This document shows positions 32,680 through 42,222 of a stretch of DNA of 64,000 nt, piece by piece. The stretch comes from an uncultured Gemmataceae bacterium. Its GTDB lineage: Bacteria > Planctomycetota > Planctomycetia > Gemmatales > Gemmataceae. The notes under the pieces were generated by a model. That model was not told the DNA's origin and did not search any database. It saw nothing but the letters and a program-made list of their open reading frames with translations. The DNA is taken from assembly GCA_963750165.1 (NCBI GenBank), contig CAVVPN010000003.1, positions 480,001 to 544,000 of the forward strand. Reading direction: 5' to 3'. Position 1 is the stretch's first letter. Each line of letters starts with the position of its first letter. A program made the position numbers and the translations under genes.

Positions 32680-33267
32680 ATGCGGACCCTTCGTAGCGGA
32701 CATCTGCTGTGCTGGGCGCTGTCGGTCGTCGCGGCGGCGCTGTGCGCCTGGCTGCTGTCCCGGCCGGTCCAGGCGCAACCGGCCGCCGACAACCTGCCGC
32801 GCTTCACCGAGGAGCGCGAGGCCGCGGCCCGGTTCTTCGTCAAGAAACACCTGCCCGAACTGCTGCCGGTGCTCGACACCCTCAAAAAGTCCAGCGTCGA
32901 GGACTACCAGCGCGAGATTCGTGAAATCTTCCAGGTGACCGAACTGCTCGCCGACCTGCGCGACGACAGGCAGCGCCACGAACTGGAAGTAAAAATCTGG
33001 GTCGCGGAGAACCGCGCGCACCTGCTCATCGCCCGGCTGTCCACGCCCAACGCGGAGGAGCGCAAGAAAATCCTGGGCCAGTTGCAGGACATCTCCCGAC
33101 AGCTGGTGGGCCTGGACCTGGAAGTGCTGGAGCACAAGGCGGAGCAACTCGACCGCGAACTGGGCGAGATCAAGGACGAGGTCGTCCGCATCCGCGACAA
33201 CCGCGACAAGCAGGCCAGGGAACGCTACGAGGCGCTGCTGCAAAAGGTCAAGAAACGGAAGATGTAA
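32680..33267 (+). CDS. Hypothetical exported helical protein
   Basis: Signal peptide followed by a charged coiled-coil-like region; third gene of the ECF operon. Confidence 0.7.
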   Translation: MRTLRSGHLLCWALSVVAAALCAWLLSRPVQAQPAADNLPRFTEEREAAARFFVKKHLPELLPVLDTLKKSSVEDYQREIREIFQVTELLADLRDDRQRHELEVKIWVAENRAHLLIARLSTPNAEERKKILGQLQDISRQLVGLDLEVLEHKAEQLDRELGEIKDEVVRIRDNRDKQARERYEALLQKVKKRKM

Positions 33268-33275
33268 AGCAGCGG

Positions 33276-33337
33276 GATCCACAGATAACACAGCTAAAGA
33301 CAAATTAAGAGGTCTTTAGCTGTGTTATCTGTGGATC
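33276..33337. repeat. Palindrome (CCACAGAT family) between convergent genes
   Basis: GATCCACAGATAACACAGCTAAAGAC / GTCTTTAGCTGTGTTATCTGTGGATC, perfect 26-bp arms. Confidence 0.85.
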
Positions 33338-33345
33338 AATCTTCC

Positions 33346-34002
33346 TCACCGAGCCGCGAAATCCACGATCACGTGCTGCCCCGCCCGCACGCGCACCGTG
33401 CGGGTCTGATCGACGGTCCCATTCGGGCTCTGCCAGCGCGCCCGAATTTCATAGCCGTAGCCGTCGCCTGGCGGTACTGGCGGCGACCGGAACTCACGCC
33501 GGGCTCCCGTCTGAGTGGTCTTGCTGCCGTTGAACCAGACTTCCGCGTTGGCCGGCACCCGCACCGACACCGACACCGGCGCCGCAACGCCCGTCCCCGC
33601 GTCGGCCATTGGCGGGACGTTCGACTGCGCATTGCTGGGCGAATCGGTATTGTTCTGGTCCGAACTGATAGTGCTCTTGTAGGTGCTCGGCACGTACGAA
33701 TAGGGCGAGCTGAGGCTCAGGCCGTTGTAGTAGGCGAAGCCGTACGGGCTGTAGGAACTGCCCGGTCGCGCCAGGTAGGGGCCGCTGCCGTAGGTGTACG
33801 GGCCGTAGCCGTAGGTGGCGTAAGGGCCGTAGCCGCTGTAGGCGTAGGCTCCGGTGAGGCCGCCCAGGGGGCGACTGGTGTATGGGTAGAGCCCGCCGCC
33901 AGAGCCGCCGAACCGCTGGGCCTGGGCCGCCGCCGGCACACCCAGCACACCCATGCTCACCAAGACCGCCGTCAACCCGGGCCCGAGCACGCGCGTCCAC
34001 AT
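33346..34002 (-). CDS. TIGR03000 planctomycete domain protein
   Basis: Signal peptide, Y/G-rich low-complexity region, VRVPANAEVWFNG..TTQTG..REFRSPP..YEIRARW. Confidence 0.9.
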   Translation of the reverse strand: MWTRVLGPGLTAVLVSMGVLGVPAAAQAQRFGGSGGGLYPYTSRPLGGLTGAYAYSGYGPYATYGYGPYTYGSGPYLARPGSSYSPYGFAYYNGLSLSSPYSYVPSTYKSTISSDQNNTDSPSNAQSNVPPMADAGTGVAAPVSVSVRVPANAEVWFNGSKTTQTGARREFRSPPVPPGDGYGYEIRARWQSPNGTVDQTRTVRVRAGQHVIVDFAAR

Positions 34003-34192
34003 GATGGCACCCTCTGGGCGAAACGAAGAAACGCAACGCTCCCCTTCAACAGGCTATTGTCGGACCTGGCGTCTGCTCCTGCAAGGGCACCCGTGTATTC
34101 CGGGCGTCAGGCGCCTCGACCCGATCAACGCACTTTGCTATGAATGACCGTGGGAAGGCTTACCGCCATTCCGCGAAAGGAGAGTGCCCGTG

Positions 34193-34726
34193 ATGCGCAA
34201 CCTGATCCTGACGTGTGCCGCACTGCTGGGAACCGCGGCGCTGTTGACCGCCGAGGAGAACGCCGCCGAGCACGCCCGGGCCAACGCGTTCGCCGCCAAA
34301 CTCAAGGCCAAGGTCGAAACCGTCAACACCGACAACGGCCCCGCCATCGTCTCGCTGGACTTCGGCAGCATGCCCGTGCAGGACCGGGACCTGTACATCG
34401 TGGCTGGCCTGCGGTCGATGCGCGACCTGTATCTGGACGGCACCAAGATCACCAACGCGGGCCTGGCCCAGCTGGCCAACCTGAAGAAACTGCACATGCT
34501 CGACCTGGCCAACACGCAGATCGGCGATGCCGGCCTGGTGCATCTCAAAAGCCTGGCCAGCCTGGACTCGCTCTTCCTGGACCGCACACAGGTCAGCGAC
34601 GCCGGGCTGGTCCACCTGAAAGGACTGAAGAACCTCAAAATGCTCGACCTGACCGGCACCAAATGCACCAGGGAGGGCGCCAAACAACTGCGCCAGGCGC
34701 TGCCGAATTTGCAGATCAGCCAGTGA
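34193..34726 (+). CDS. Leucine-rich repeat exported protein
   Basis: 24-aa repeats LxLxxTxIxDAGLxHLxxL. Confidence 0.9.
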   Translation: MRNLILTCAALLGTAALLTAEENAAEHARANAFAAKLKAKVETVNTDNGPAIVSLDFGSMPVQDRDLYIVAGLRSMRDLYLDGTKITNAGLAQLANLKKLHMLDLANTQIGDAGLVHLKSLASLDSLFLDRTQVSDAGLVHLKGLKNLKMLDLTGTKCTREGAKQLRQALPNLQISQ

Positions 34727-34740
34727 GCGGTCGCGGACTC

Positions 34741-36803
34741 TTATGGTGCGGGATTGGTAAACAGCGGCCGCAGTTTGGCACGGTTGGCCGTCAAGCGCTG
34801 CTCATCCTCCGGCAGCAGGTAACGTCCCCGCACCAGGTCGGCGCAGGCGGCGGCAAAGCGCTTCTGATACATCGCGAAGTCGCTGTAGCGCTCCTCCAGC
34901 GATTGCCGTGGATCACCCGTTTTCTGCCGCTCCACCCTGGTGCGCGGAAACGGCAGGTACGAACCCGTCAGGCTCACCAGTGCCCCGGCCGCCCCGAAGT
35001 CCGGCCGGCGCACATTCCAGCCGGTGTAGGTCGCCAGCGGCACCATCACCTCCGGCGGCAGCAGCGTGCCCAGGTCGTTGCCGTCCACGTCGCACTTCGG
35101 CACGCGCACGACGTAGTGGCCGAGGATCTTCGGCGGCACCTCCGTCAGCAGGCCATGCGTGTAGAACTGCGGCCCGTTGTCCTGCGCCGCGGGCTGGTGA
35201 ATCCGTTGCGGATACTTCACGCCCGGAATGTTCGGAAAGCCCGTCGCCTGCTGGTGCCAATCGACCAGCGTCTTGTTTTGGATGTGCGGGTAGACGCTCG
35301 GCGGCGGTGCCTTGCCATCGACCACCCAGGCGTCGAGGGCGTCGAGCAGCGCCCGCAGCAGCGGCCGGTAGTCGCCGGGGTTGGCCAGGTGCTCGCCGAT
35401 GCCGCGCGCAGGCGGGTCCGCGGCCGGGCCGTGCTGCGTGCCGCCGAAAGCGTAGACGCGCACGTTCTCGGGGATCACCACATCCTTGATGCCGAGCGGA
35501 TCGGTATGGACCAGCGAGCCGGCGCGGTGCCAGTACTCCGCGGCGCTCTGTGTGTGCATGACGCGCGGCATGGCCTTCGGCGACTCCGCTCGCAGCCGCT
35601 TCAGGATGCCGTCCGTGCGCTTCGTGAGCGGGTCGGTCAGCTCGCCGTAGGTGAACGGGAAGCGGTCGGTGGGGTAGAGGTGTTCCTCGTGCTGGGCGTT
35701 GTGCCGCGTCGGCTGGGCGAAGCGGTGGTTGAAGTGGCCGAGGCCGCCGCCGGCGACATGCGGCATCACGCCATCGAAGACCATGCGGTCCTGCTCGTCG
35801 GCGTTGAAGCCCCAGTACAGGAACTCCCGCAGAAACCGGCCGCTCTGCGATACGCCGAAGCCGTGCGCACGGTTGAACGCCGCCTTGCCCGTCTTGCCGG
35901 TGAGCGGGTTGCGTTTCGAGGTGTCGTGGCGTAGAAACGAGATCAGGTCGCGCGTCGCCGCGAAGCCAACGCCCTGCATGATCGGTCCCTGCACTTCACA
36001 GATCAGTTCATAGATGTACCCCGGCTCGAAGCCGTCTTTCAGGTGCAACCGCACCTGGGGCAGTGTGCCGGGTACGCCCTGCTTGACCGTCGGCACCGCC
36101 AATCGCTCCAACTTCCACTGGTCGCGCGGCACCACCACGCGCTTGTCCGTCTCGTGCTGCCGTTTCGTCAGTACGCCCTCGGACTCGCCCTGGGCGGTCG
36201 GTGGGTAGCTGCCGTGGTTGTCGCGCCGCGCCAGCGGCAAGCTCTTCACTCGCTTGTCGGCAACCATCTCGTAGCGCACCAGGCCGCGGATGGGCTTGCC
36301 GTCGTCGGTGGCGATGGGGGCGCGGAGCAGCAACCGGTCGCCGCCGGGCAGCAGTTCGCCGATCCAACCGCACCAGACCACTGTGTAGCCGCGGCGCATC
36401 AGGAAACCGTTGCCCGGCTCGGCGGCGCCGGCTGCCGTGTTGAACATGCGCAGCGCCAGCTTGTTGCCGCGGTTGTTCACGTCGTAGAACAGTGCCCCGT
36501 TGCCTTTGCTCAGATCCTTCGGGGCCAGGATGTACACGTCCGCCTCGAACTCAACCTTGCCCTGGGCGTTCCGGGCGCGCGGTCCAGATCGACAATCACG
36601 CGGTTGTGCTTATCCTTGGGGTCGATGGCGAAGTAGGCGACGCCAGCGATGATCTCATAGGGGCCGGTGTCGCCGAAGCTGACGCCGCCGGCGTAGGGCT
36701 GGCGCGTGTGTACGACCAGTTTCACCAGCTCGGCGTGGGCGGCCGACGCCGGCAGGAGCAGCGCGAGGAGCGCGAACAGGAGAGCGCGGCGGTGGGTGGA
36801 CAT
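34741..36803 (-). CDS. Secreted alpha/beta-hydrolase domain protein (frameshift near 36570)
   Basis: Signal peptide, FGDTGPYE, YDVNNRGNK, GVSQSGRFLR, EYWHRAGSL, GTQH, DVDGN. Confidence 0.85.
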
Positions 36804-36904
36804 GATGAACCTTTCTTGAACGCCGGGACCAGGGGTTTCGGGGCCGAGCCCGAGCGCCAGCGCGGGGCCAGCGCTGCCCCGCGCTGGCGCTCGAACTCGG
36901 ATTC

Positions 36905-37339
36905 CTACTGCTGCCGGGCATGCACGTCATTGATGAAGGTGCGTAACACCTGGGCTTCCGGCGCCTTCCACGCCGATCCGTTTTTGGGCGGCGGCATGCG
37001 CCGCTTGGGGCTTGGGTCGGCGACGCGCTCCACGAGGTTGCCGGGGTCGTCCTTCAGCAAGAAGCCGTCGCGCAGCAGCATGGTGAAGTCCTTGTCAGCG
37101 TTGCCGCTGAAACGCAGCGTTCCACCACCCTTGGCGTGGCAGCCGACACACCCGTCCTTGCCATTGCGCTGCAGCAGCGGCCAGATTTCCTTCTTGAAGC
37201 GCACCGCGAAGGCGGCGCGGTCCTCGTCCGAGAGCCGGTCGAAGGACTTCTTCTGACCGGCCCCGAGTCCCGGCAACCCGGACCAGGCGGTCGCCAACCC
37301 CAGCAGCCCCAGCAGCAGCACACAGCGTCGCGCTCGCAT
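36905..37339 (-). CDS. Exported protein with a single CxxCH (planctomycete cytochrome-c-like domain)
   Basis: FKKEIWPLL..CVGCH..RRMPP; signal peptide. Confidence 0.7.
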   Translation of the reverse strand: MRARRCVLLLGLLGLATAWSGLPGLGAGQKKSFDRLSDEDRAAFAVRFKKEIWPLLQRNGKDGCVGCHAKGGGTLRFSGNADKDFTMLLRDGFLLKDDPGNLVERVADPSPKRRMPPPKNGSAWKAPEAQVLRTFINDVHARQQ

Positions 37340-37556
37340 GAGATCGTCTCGCTTTTCCAAACGGGATTAATTACACTACCTTGGCAAGAGCGTACCAGCG
37401 CCGGCGGCCCCGGCCAAGGGGCGAAATTACGAAACTTCGGCCACCGCCAGGCGGTAGTTATAACACGACCTTGCGCTGCCCGGCCGTGCCGTGTGCCGCA
37501 AGGTTCCCGACTCGCGCTGATCGTTTCTTAACCGACTCAAACAGGGGGAGAGAATC

Positions 37557-38450
37557 ATGCGGACGCATGTGTGGACGCTGACGCTGCTGATGCTGGCGGG
37601 GCTCGGCCTGCCGGCCCAGGCGCAGACCAAGATGGAGTGGAAGTTCACCGAGGGCGAGAAGTTTTACATCGAAGAGGTCAGCGACCAGAAGCAGCAGATC
37701 ACCGTGATGGGCCAGGACATCAAGATGGCCAGCAAGACGACCAACATCTCCAGCTACACCGTCAAGCGCGTCGCCGGCAACGCGGTGACGATGGAGATGA
37801 AGGTCGAGTTCATGGAGGTCAAGTCGGACGGCAACCAGTTCGGCGGCGGCATGGAAAAGATGCAGGAGAAGATGCAGGGCGCCACCTTCACCTTCACTCT
37901 GGAAGGCGGCAAGATCACCAAGTTCCAGGGTCACGCGGAGTTCCTGAAGAAGCTGGCCGACGGCGACGAGAACATGGCCAAGTTCGGCAAACTGATCTTC
38001 ACCGAGGATCTGCTCAAGAAGGGCATTGAGGAAGCGTTCACCAACCTGCCGACCCGGGCGGTTAACCGCGGCGACAAGTGGACCAAGGACCGCACCCTGC
38101 CGCTGGGGCCGCTCGGCAAACTCAAGTTGGTCAACCAGTACACGTTCAAGGGCTCCGAGAAGGACGGCGATCTGATCACCTACACGGGCTCGCTTAGCTG
38201 GGTGGCGCCCAAGGACGGCGCAGGCTTCGGCGACATGTTCAAGATCAGCAAGGCCAACTTCAAGTCCGACAATGTCCGCGGCAGCCTGCTGTTCGACGCC
38301 AAGGCTGGCCGCCTGGTGCGCACCACCAGCTCCATGACCATGACCGGCTCGATGACCATCGACGTGATGGGCAACGAGCTGGAGATGCAGATGACCCAGG
38401 ACTCTGCCAGCACCACGCGCGTCCTGCGCAAGAACCCGCGGGCGAACTGA
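37557..38450 (+). CDS. DUF6263-like exported protein (paralog 1)
   Basis: Signal peptide, MEWKFTEGEKFY, LPTRAVNRGDKW, FDAKAGRLV. Confidence 0.75.
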   Translation: MRTHVWTLTLLMLAGLGLPAQAQTKMEWKFTEGEKFYIEEVSDQKQQITVMGQDIKMASKTTNISSYTVKRVAGNAVTMEMKVEFMEVKSDGNQFGGGMEKMQEKMQGATFTFTLEGGKITKFQGHAEFLKKLADGDENMAKFGKLIFTEDLLKKGIEEAFTNLPTRAVNRGDKWTKDRTLPLGPLGKLKLVNQYTFKGSEKDGDLITYTGSLSWVAPKDGAGFGDMFKISKANFKSDNVRGSLLFDAKAGRLVRTTSSMTMTGSMTIDVMGNELEMQMTQDSASTTRVLRKNPRAN

Positions 38451-38453
38451 TTG

Positions 38454-38512
38454 GTCAGTGGTCCGTGGTCCGTTGCAACGGACCACGGACCACTGACAAC
38501 TGACAACTGACG
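38454..38512. repeat. Heptamer-based palindromic repeat
   Basis: GTCAGTGGTCCGTGGTCCGTTGCAACGGACCACGGACCACTGAC followed by AACTGAC twice. Confidence 0.8.
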
Positions 38513-38548
38513 ACCGACAACAGACATCTCTTAGCGGAGGAAAGTACG

Positions 38549-39438
38549 ATGCTGCGACGTGCCTGCGGGCTGGCACTGCTGGTGCTGGCGGGGCTGGGGC
38601 TGCCGGCCCGCGCCAGACCACCCTGGAATGGAAGTTCAAGGAGGGCGACAAGTTTTATGTGCAGGACGTCAGCGACATGCGATTGTCCCTGTCCGTGGCC
38701 GGCAAGGATTTCAACCAGAAAGTCAAGACCACCATCGTCGAAAGCTACACCGTCAAGTCGGTGACCGGCAAGACCGTGCGGATGGAGAAGAAGACCGAGT
38801 CCGTGGAGGTGCTTTCCAGCGGCGACAGCATGGGCGGCCAGCTCGAGAAGATCATGGAAAAACTCAAGGGAGCCAGCTTCATCTTCACGCTCACCGACGG
38901 CAAGGTGACCAAGTTCGAGGGCTACAACGAGTTCCTCAAGAAGGTGTCCGGCGACGACGAATACGCGACCAAGTTCGCCAAGGAGATGCTCAGCGAACGC
39001 CTGCTCAAGAAGTCCCTGGAAATGACTTTCGGGGAACTGCCCAGCAAGGCCGTCAAGGTCGGCGACACCTGGTCGCAGAACAACACCATTCCGTTCGAGC
39101 TGGGCGACTTCAAGGCCGCACAGGACTTCACCTTCAAGAAGCGCGACAAGGAAGGCGCCGAGTTGACCTTCAAGGGCAACATCACCTTCGCGCCACCCAA
39201 GGGCGCCGGCCTCCTCGGGGGCATGCTCAAGATCGTCAAGGGCAAGGCGAAGTCCGACAACTTCAAGGGCACCCGCGTTTTCGACATCGAGAAGGGCCGC
39301 CTCGTCCGGGCCACCAGCGCGATGCAGGTGCGCGGCGCGCTGACTGTCGAGATCATGGGCAACCAGCTCGACCTGGACTTCCGCATTGATCAAACCACCA
39401 CGACGCGCATGCTGGCCAAGAACCCCAAGTCCGACTGA
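38549..39438 (+). CDS. DUF6263-like exported protein (paralog 2; frameshift near 38610)
   Basis: LEWKFKEGDKFY, LPSKAVKVGDTW, FDIEKGRLV. Confidence 0.75.
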
Positions 39439-39443
39439 AGCAA

Positions 39444-39501
39444 GGGATGAGGGATGAGGGATGAAGGATGAACAGCTAGATTCATCCCTCATCCCTCATC
39501 C
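39444..39501. repeat. Heptamer-based palindromic repeat
   Basis: (GGGATGA)n ... (TCATCCC)n. Confidence 0.8.
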
Positions 39502-39519
39502 TTTTTGGGAGAGTGATTC

Positions 39520-40419
39520 ATGGTCCGACAATTGTTGCCGGCGGCGGTCCTGCTCGGCGTGGTCCTGGCGGTGCCGGCCGTGGCCCGGGCGCAGACCTCC
39601 CTTCGCTGGCAGCTCAAGGCCGGTGAAAAATTCTACGTCGAGGAGGCCATCAAGGCCGACCAGAACGTCACTGTCATGGGCATGAATCTCAAGCAGACGA
39701 CGACCACCCGGCGGGTGTCGCAGTTCACTGTGAAGGCCGCCGACGCTGGCGGCTACCAGCTGGAGCAGAAGATCCTGACCTGGACTGCCAAGCAGGAAGG
39801 CGGCGCTGCCCCCGACGACGGCAAACTGGACAAGGTGGCGCGCGGAGCCACCTTCCGAATCCACCTGGCCCCGAACGGCACCCTGTCGCGCTTCCAGGGC
39901 TACGAGGACTTCCTGAAGAAGATCGGCGATCAGGACGCGAACGAGGCCAAGGTGTTCCGCATGATCCTGACGGAGGATGCCATCAAGTCGCCGCTGGAGA
40001 TGATCTTCAGCGTCCTGCCGGCCAAGGCGGTCAAGCAGGGCGATCAGTGGCAGCAGAAGTTGAAGGTGCCGACCGGCCCGATGGGCACGTTCCTGTTTGA
40101 CGTGGACTACAAATACCGCGGGGCGATCAGTGGCGACCTGGTGGAGTTCGCGATGCGGGGCAAGTTCGAATACAAGCCACCGACCAAGGAGGTGGAAGGG
40201 GCGCCTTTCACGATCAAGAAAGCAGACCTGAAATCGACCGGCTCGACCGGGACCGTCACCTTCGACGCCCGGGCGGGCCGCCTGGTGCGGTACACCTTGA
40301 CCATGCCGGTCAGCGGGTCACTGACGCTGGAGGTCATGATGAACCAGCTGGAGATGAGCCTGGACGGCACCGAGACGCGGACGATCCGCCTGCTGACGAA
40401 GAACCCCGTGACGGATTAA
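39520..40419 (+). CDS. DUF6263-like exported protein (paralog 3)
   Basis: LRWQLKAGEKFY, LPAKAVKQGDQW, FDARAGRLV. Confidence 0.75.
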   Translation: MVRQLLPAAVLLGVVLAVPAVARAQTSLRWQLKAGEKFYVEEAIKADQNVTVMGMNLKQTTTTRRVSQFTVKAADAGGYQLEQKILTWTAKQEGGAAPDDGKLDKVARGATFRIHLAPNGTLSRFQGYEDFLKKIGDQDANEAKVFRMILTEDAIKSPLEMIFSVLPAKAVKQGDQWQQKLKVPTGPMGTFLFDVDYKYRGAISGDLVEFAMRGKFEYKPPTKEVEGAPFTIKKADLKSTGSTGTVTFDARAGRLVRYTLTMPVSGSLTLEVMMNQLEMSLDGTETRTIRLLTKNPVTD

Positions 40420-40431
40420 GGCAGTTTGATC

Positions 40432-40607
40432 ATTCACCACAGAGAACGCGGAGAGCGCAGAGCAAAGACAAAAGAGGAACCACAGATAGCACAGATGGAA
40501 CACAGATAAAGTCCTTTTCATTTGGTCTTTATCGGAGTTCATCTGTGTCATCTGTGGATCGATTCCTCGGTCTTCTCTCTGCGCGCTCCGCGTTCTCTGT
40601 GGTGAAT
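40432..40607. repeat. Nested palindromic repeats
   Basis: Outer arms ATTCACCACAGAGAACGCGGAGAGCGCAGAG / CTCTGCGCGCTCCGCGTTCTCTGTGGTGAAT; inner CCACAGAT..CACAGATG / CATCTGTGTCATCTGTGG. Confidence 0.85.
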
Positions 40608-40615
40608 CCTCCGGG

Positions 40616-40843
40616 TTAGCTTGTTTCACCATCCGAAGCCAGCTCCCCGGCTTGAAAGCCGCAGTCGCGGTGTGAGCCATCGCAGAACGGCCGGCGCCGC
40701 GAGTGGCCGCAGCGGCACAGGGCCACGAACTCCTTGCCCTCGGGCAGCGCGAACTCGTTGCCCTGGTGATCGACAACGCGCACGGGCCCCTGAATGACCA
40801 GGGGCCCGTGTTCGCGCAAACGCACGGTGATCGGCGTGCTCAT
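40616..40843 (-). CDS. CDGSH iron-sulfur domain protein
   Basis: ALCRCGHSRRRPFCDGSH. Confidence 0.95.
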   Translation of the reverse strand: MSTPITVRLREHGPLVIQGPVRVVDHQGNEFALPEGKEFVALCRCGHSRRRPFCDGSHRDCGFQAGELASDGETS

Positions 40844-40855
40844 GACGCGGCCTCG

Positions 40856-41558
40856 TCAGTCGGAGTCGTACTTGTCGCGCGGCTCATACGGAGCGAAGTT
40901 CCGGGCCACCTCGCGGCTGATGCGGTCCAGGAACTTGGCGCGGAACTGCACCGGCCCCATGTCGCTGAGGTCAATGAACCGTTCCTTCGGGTACGTACAC
41001 TCGAATTCCTGGTCCCAGGGGACGTTTTCGCCTTCGGGCTTGTCGGTTTCGGTCACCTTGATGTAAATTTCCGCTTTGCCCTGATAGATCTGCGCCTGCC
41101 GGCCGCGGTTAAACAGGGTCATGTGGTTGATCTGCAGGGTGACCACGAAGTCGGCCCCCAGGCTCTCGCCCAGCTTGCTGGCCTTCATGGTCCGCCAGGT
41201 GGCCGCGTTCCGATTCAGGAACGATTTCACCTTGTAGTACGGCACCAGCGTCACCTTCGGGACGTTGTCCTTGAAGCGTCCCTCCAGTTCCTTGGTCAGC
41301 AGCTGGCCCAGGTTCTCGTCCATCCGCGCCAGATCGCTGCTGACCTCCAGGTTCTCGAACGTGGAAATGATGGCGATGCGCGTCTCCTTGTCCTTGCGCC
41401 AGCGAGAAAACCGGATCCTCGATCCGATCGGGCATCAGGAAGTAGGACAGGATCGTCAGCGGGCTGCAGCCGAGGACCGGCAGCGCCAGGGCCAGCAGCA
41501 GCACCGCCAACCCCCAGCGGCGCGGCAGGCGAGCGGGAACATGCGTCCGTGTCAACAT
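40856..41558 (-). CDS. Hypothetical lipoprotein (frameshift near 41395)
   Basis: Lipobox-like PVLGC; continues in the 40856-41323 frame. Confidence 0.65.
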
Positions 41559-41597
41559 CGGCCTCTCCTCCGTGAGGACGGGCCGCGCACGGCCTCG

Positions 41598-42083
41598 TCA
41601 GAGCAGCAGGATGACCACCACCCAGCGCAACAGCATCAGCACAAAGAACGCGACCACCAGCCGCGTCATGGTCCGCTCCACCGAGCGGACGAACAGGAAC
41701 CGTCCGGTCAGCACACAGGCAACGCTCCAGGGCAGGAACAACATGCAGAAGGCCGCCAGCAGCGCCCCGACCACATTGGCCTGCGCGGCGTTCCACACGT
41801 CGCCGCGCACCATCAGGGCGAAGCTCGTGGTCATGCCGCACGACGGGCACGGCAGTTTCGTCATCTCCTTGAAGGTACACTCCGGCAGCCCCAGCTGGCG
41901 GTGCGTCTCCATGCGCAGCGGCTGTCCGCCCCGATACGGGTCGAGGTAGACCGCCGTGGCGAAGACGGCGCTCAGCCCCAGAGCCAGCGCGACCAGCAGC
42001 AGCCGCATCCAGGGTCGCAACCGTTGCCGTGCCGGCAACGGCTCGTCCCAGGAATCTTCCGAGGAGTAAGAGGGCGGCACCAT
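41598..42083 (-). CDS. DUF2752 domain membrane protein
   Basis: HRQLGLPECTF..LPCPSCGMTTSF. Confidence 0.88.
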   Translation of the reverse strand: MVPPSYSSEDSWDEPLPARQRLRPWMRLLLVALALGLSAVFATAVYLDPYRGGQPLRMETHRQLGLPECTFKEMTKLPCPSCGMTTSFALMVRGDVWNAAQANVVGALLAAFCMLFLPWSVACVLTGRFLFVRSVERTMTRLVVAFFVLMLLRWVVVILLL

Positions 42084-42158
42084 AGCGACGAGCTTTTTCG
42101 GCTGCAAGAGCAAATCTCCCGGTGAGGTATCGACTGCTGGCGGGGCCGGGAAAAGGGG

Positions 42159-42214
42159 TGACCCCCGTTTACGTTTCGCGGGCTGCTACCCGCGCCAGAC
42201 GTAAACGGGGGTCA
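42159..42214. repeat. Palindrome/hairpin downstream of the HTH gene
   Basis: TGACCCCCGTTTACGT ... ACGTAAACGGGGGTCA. Confidence 0.7.
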
Positions 42215-42222
42215 ACGAGCGG

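Noticed and set aside
38454..40607. Short repeated units as a CRISPR array
   Set aside because: Heptamer and palindromic repeats without unique spacers; no cas genes in the window
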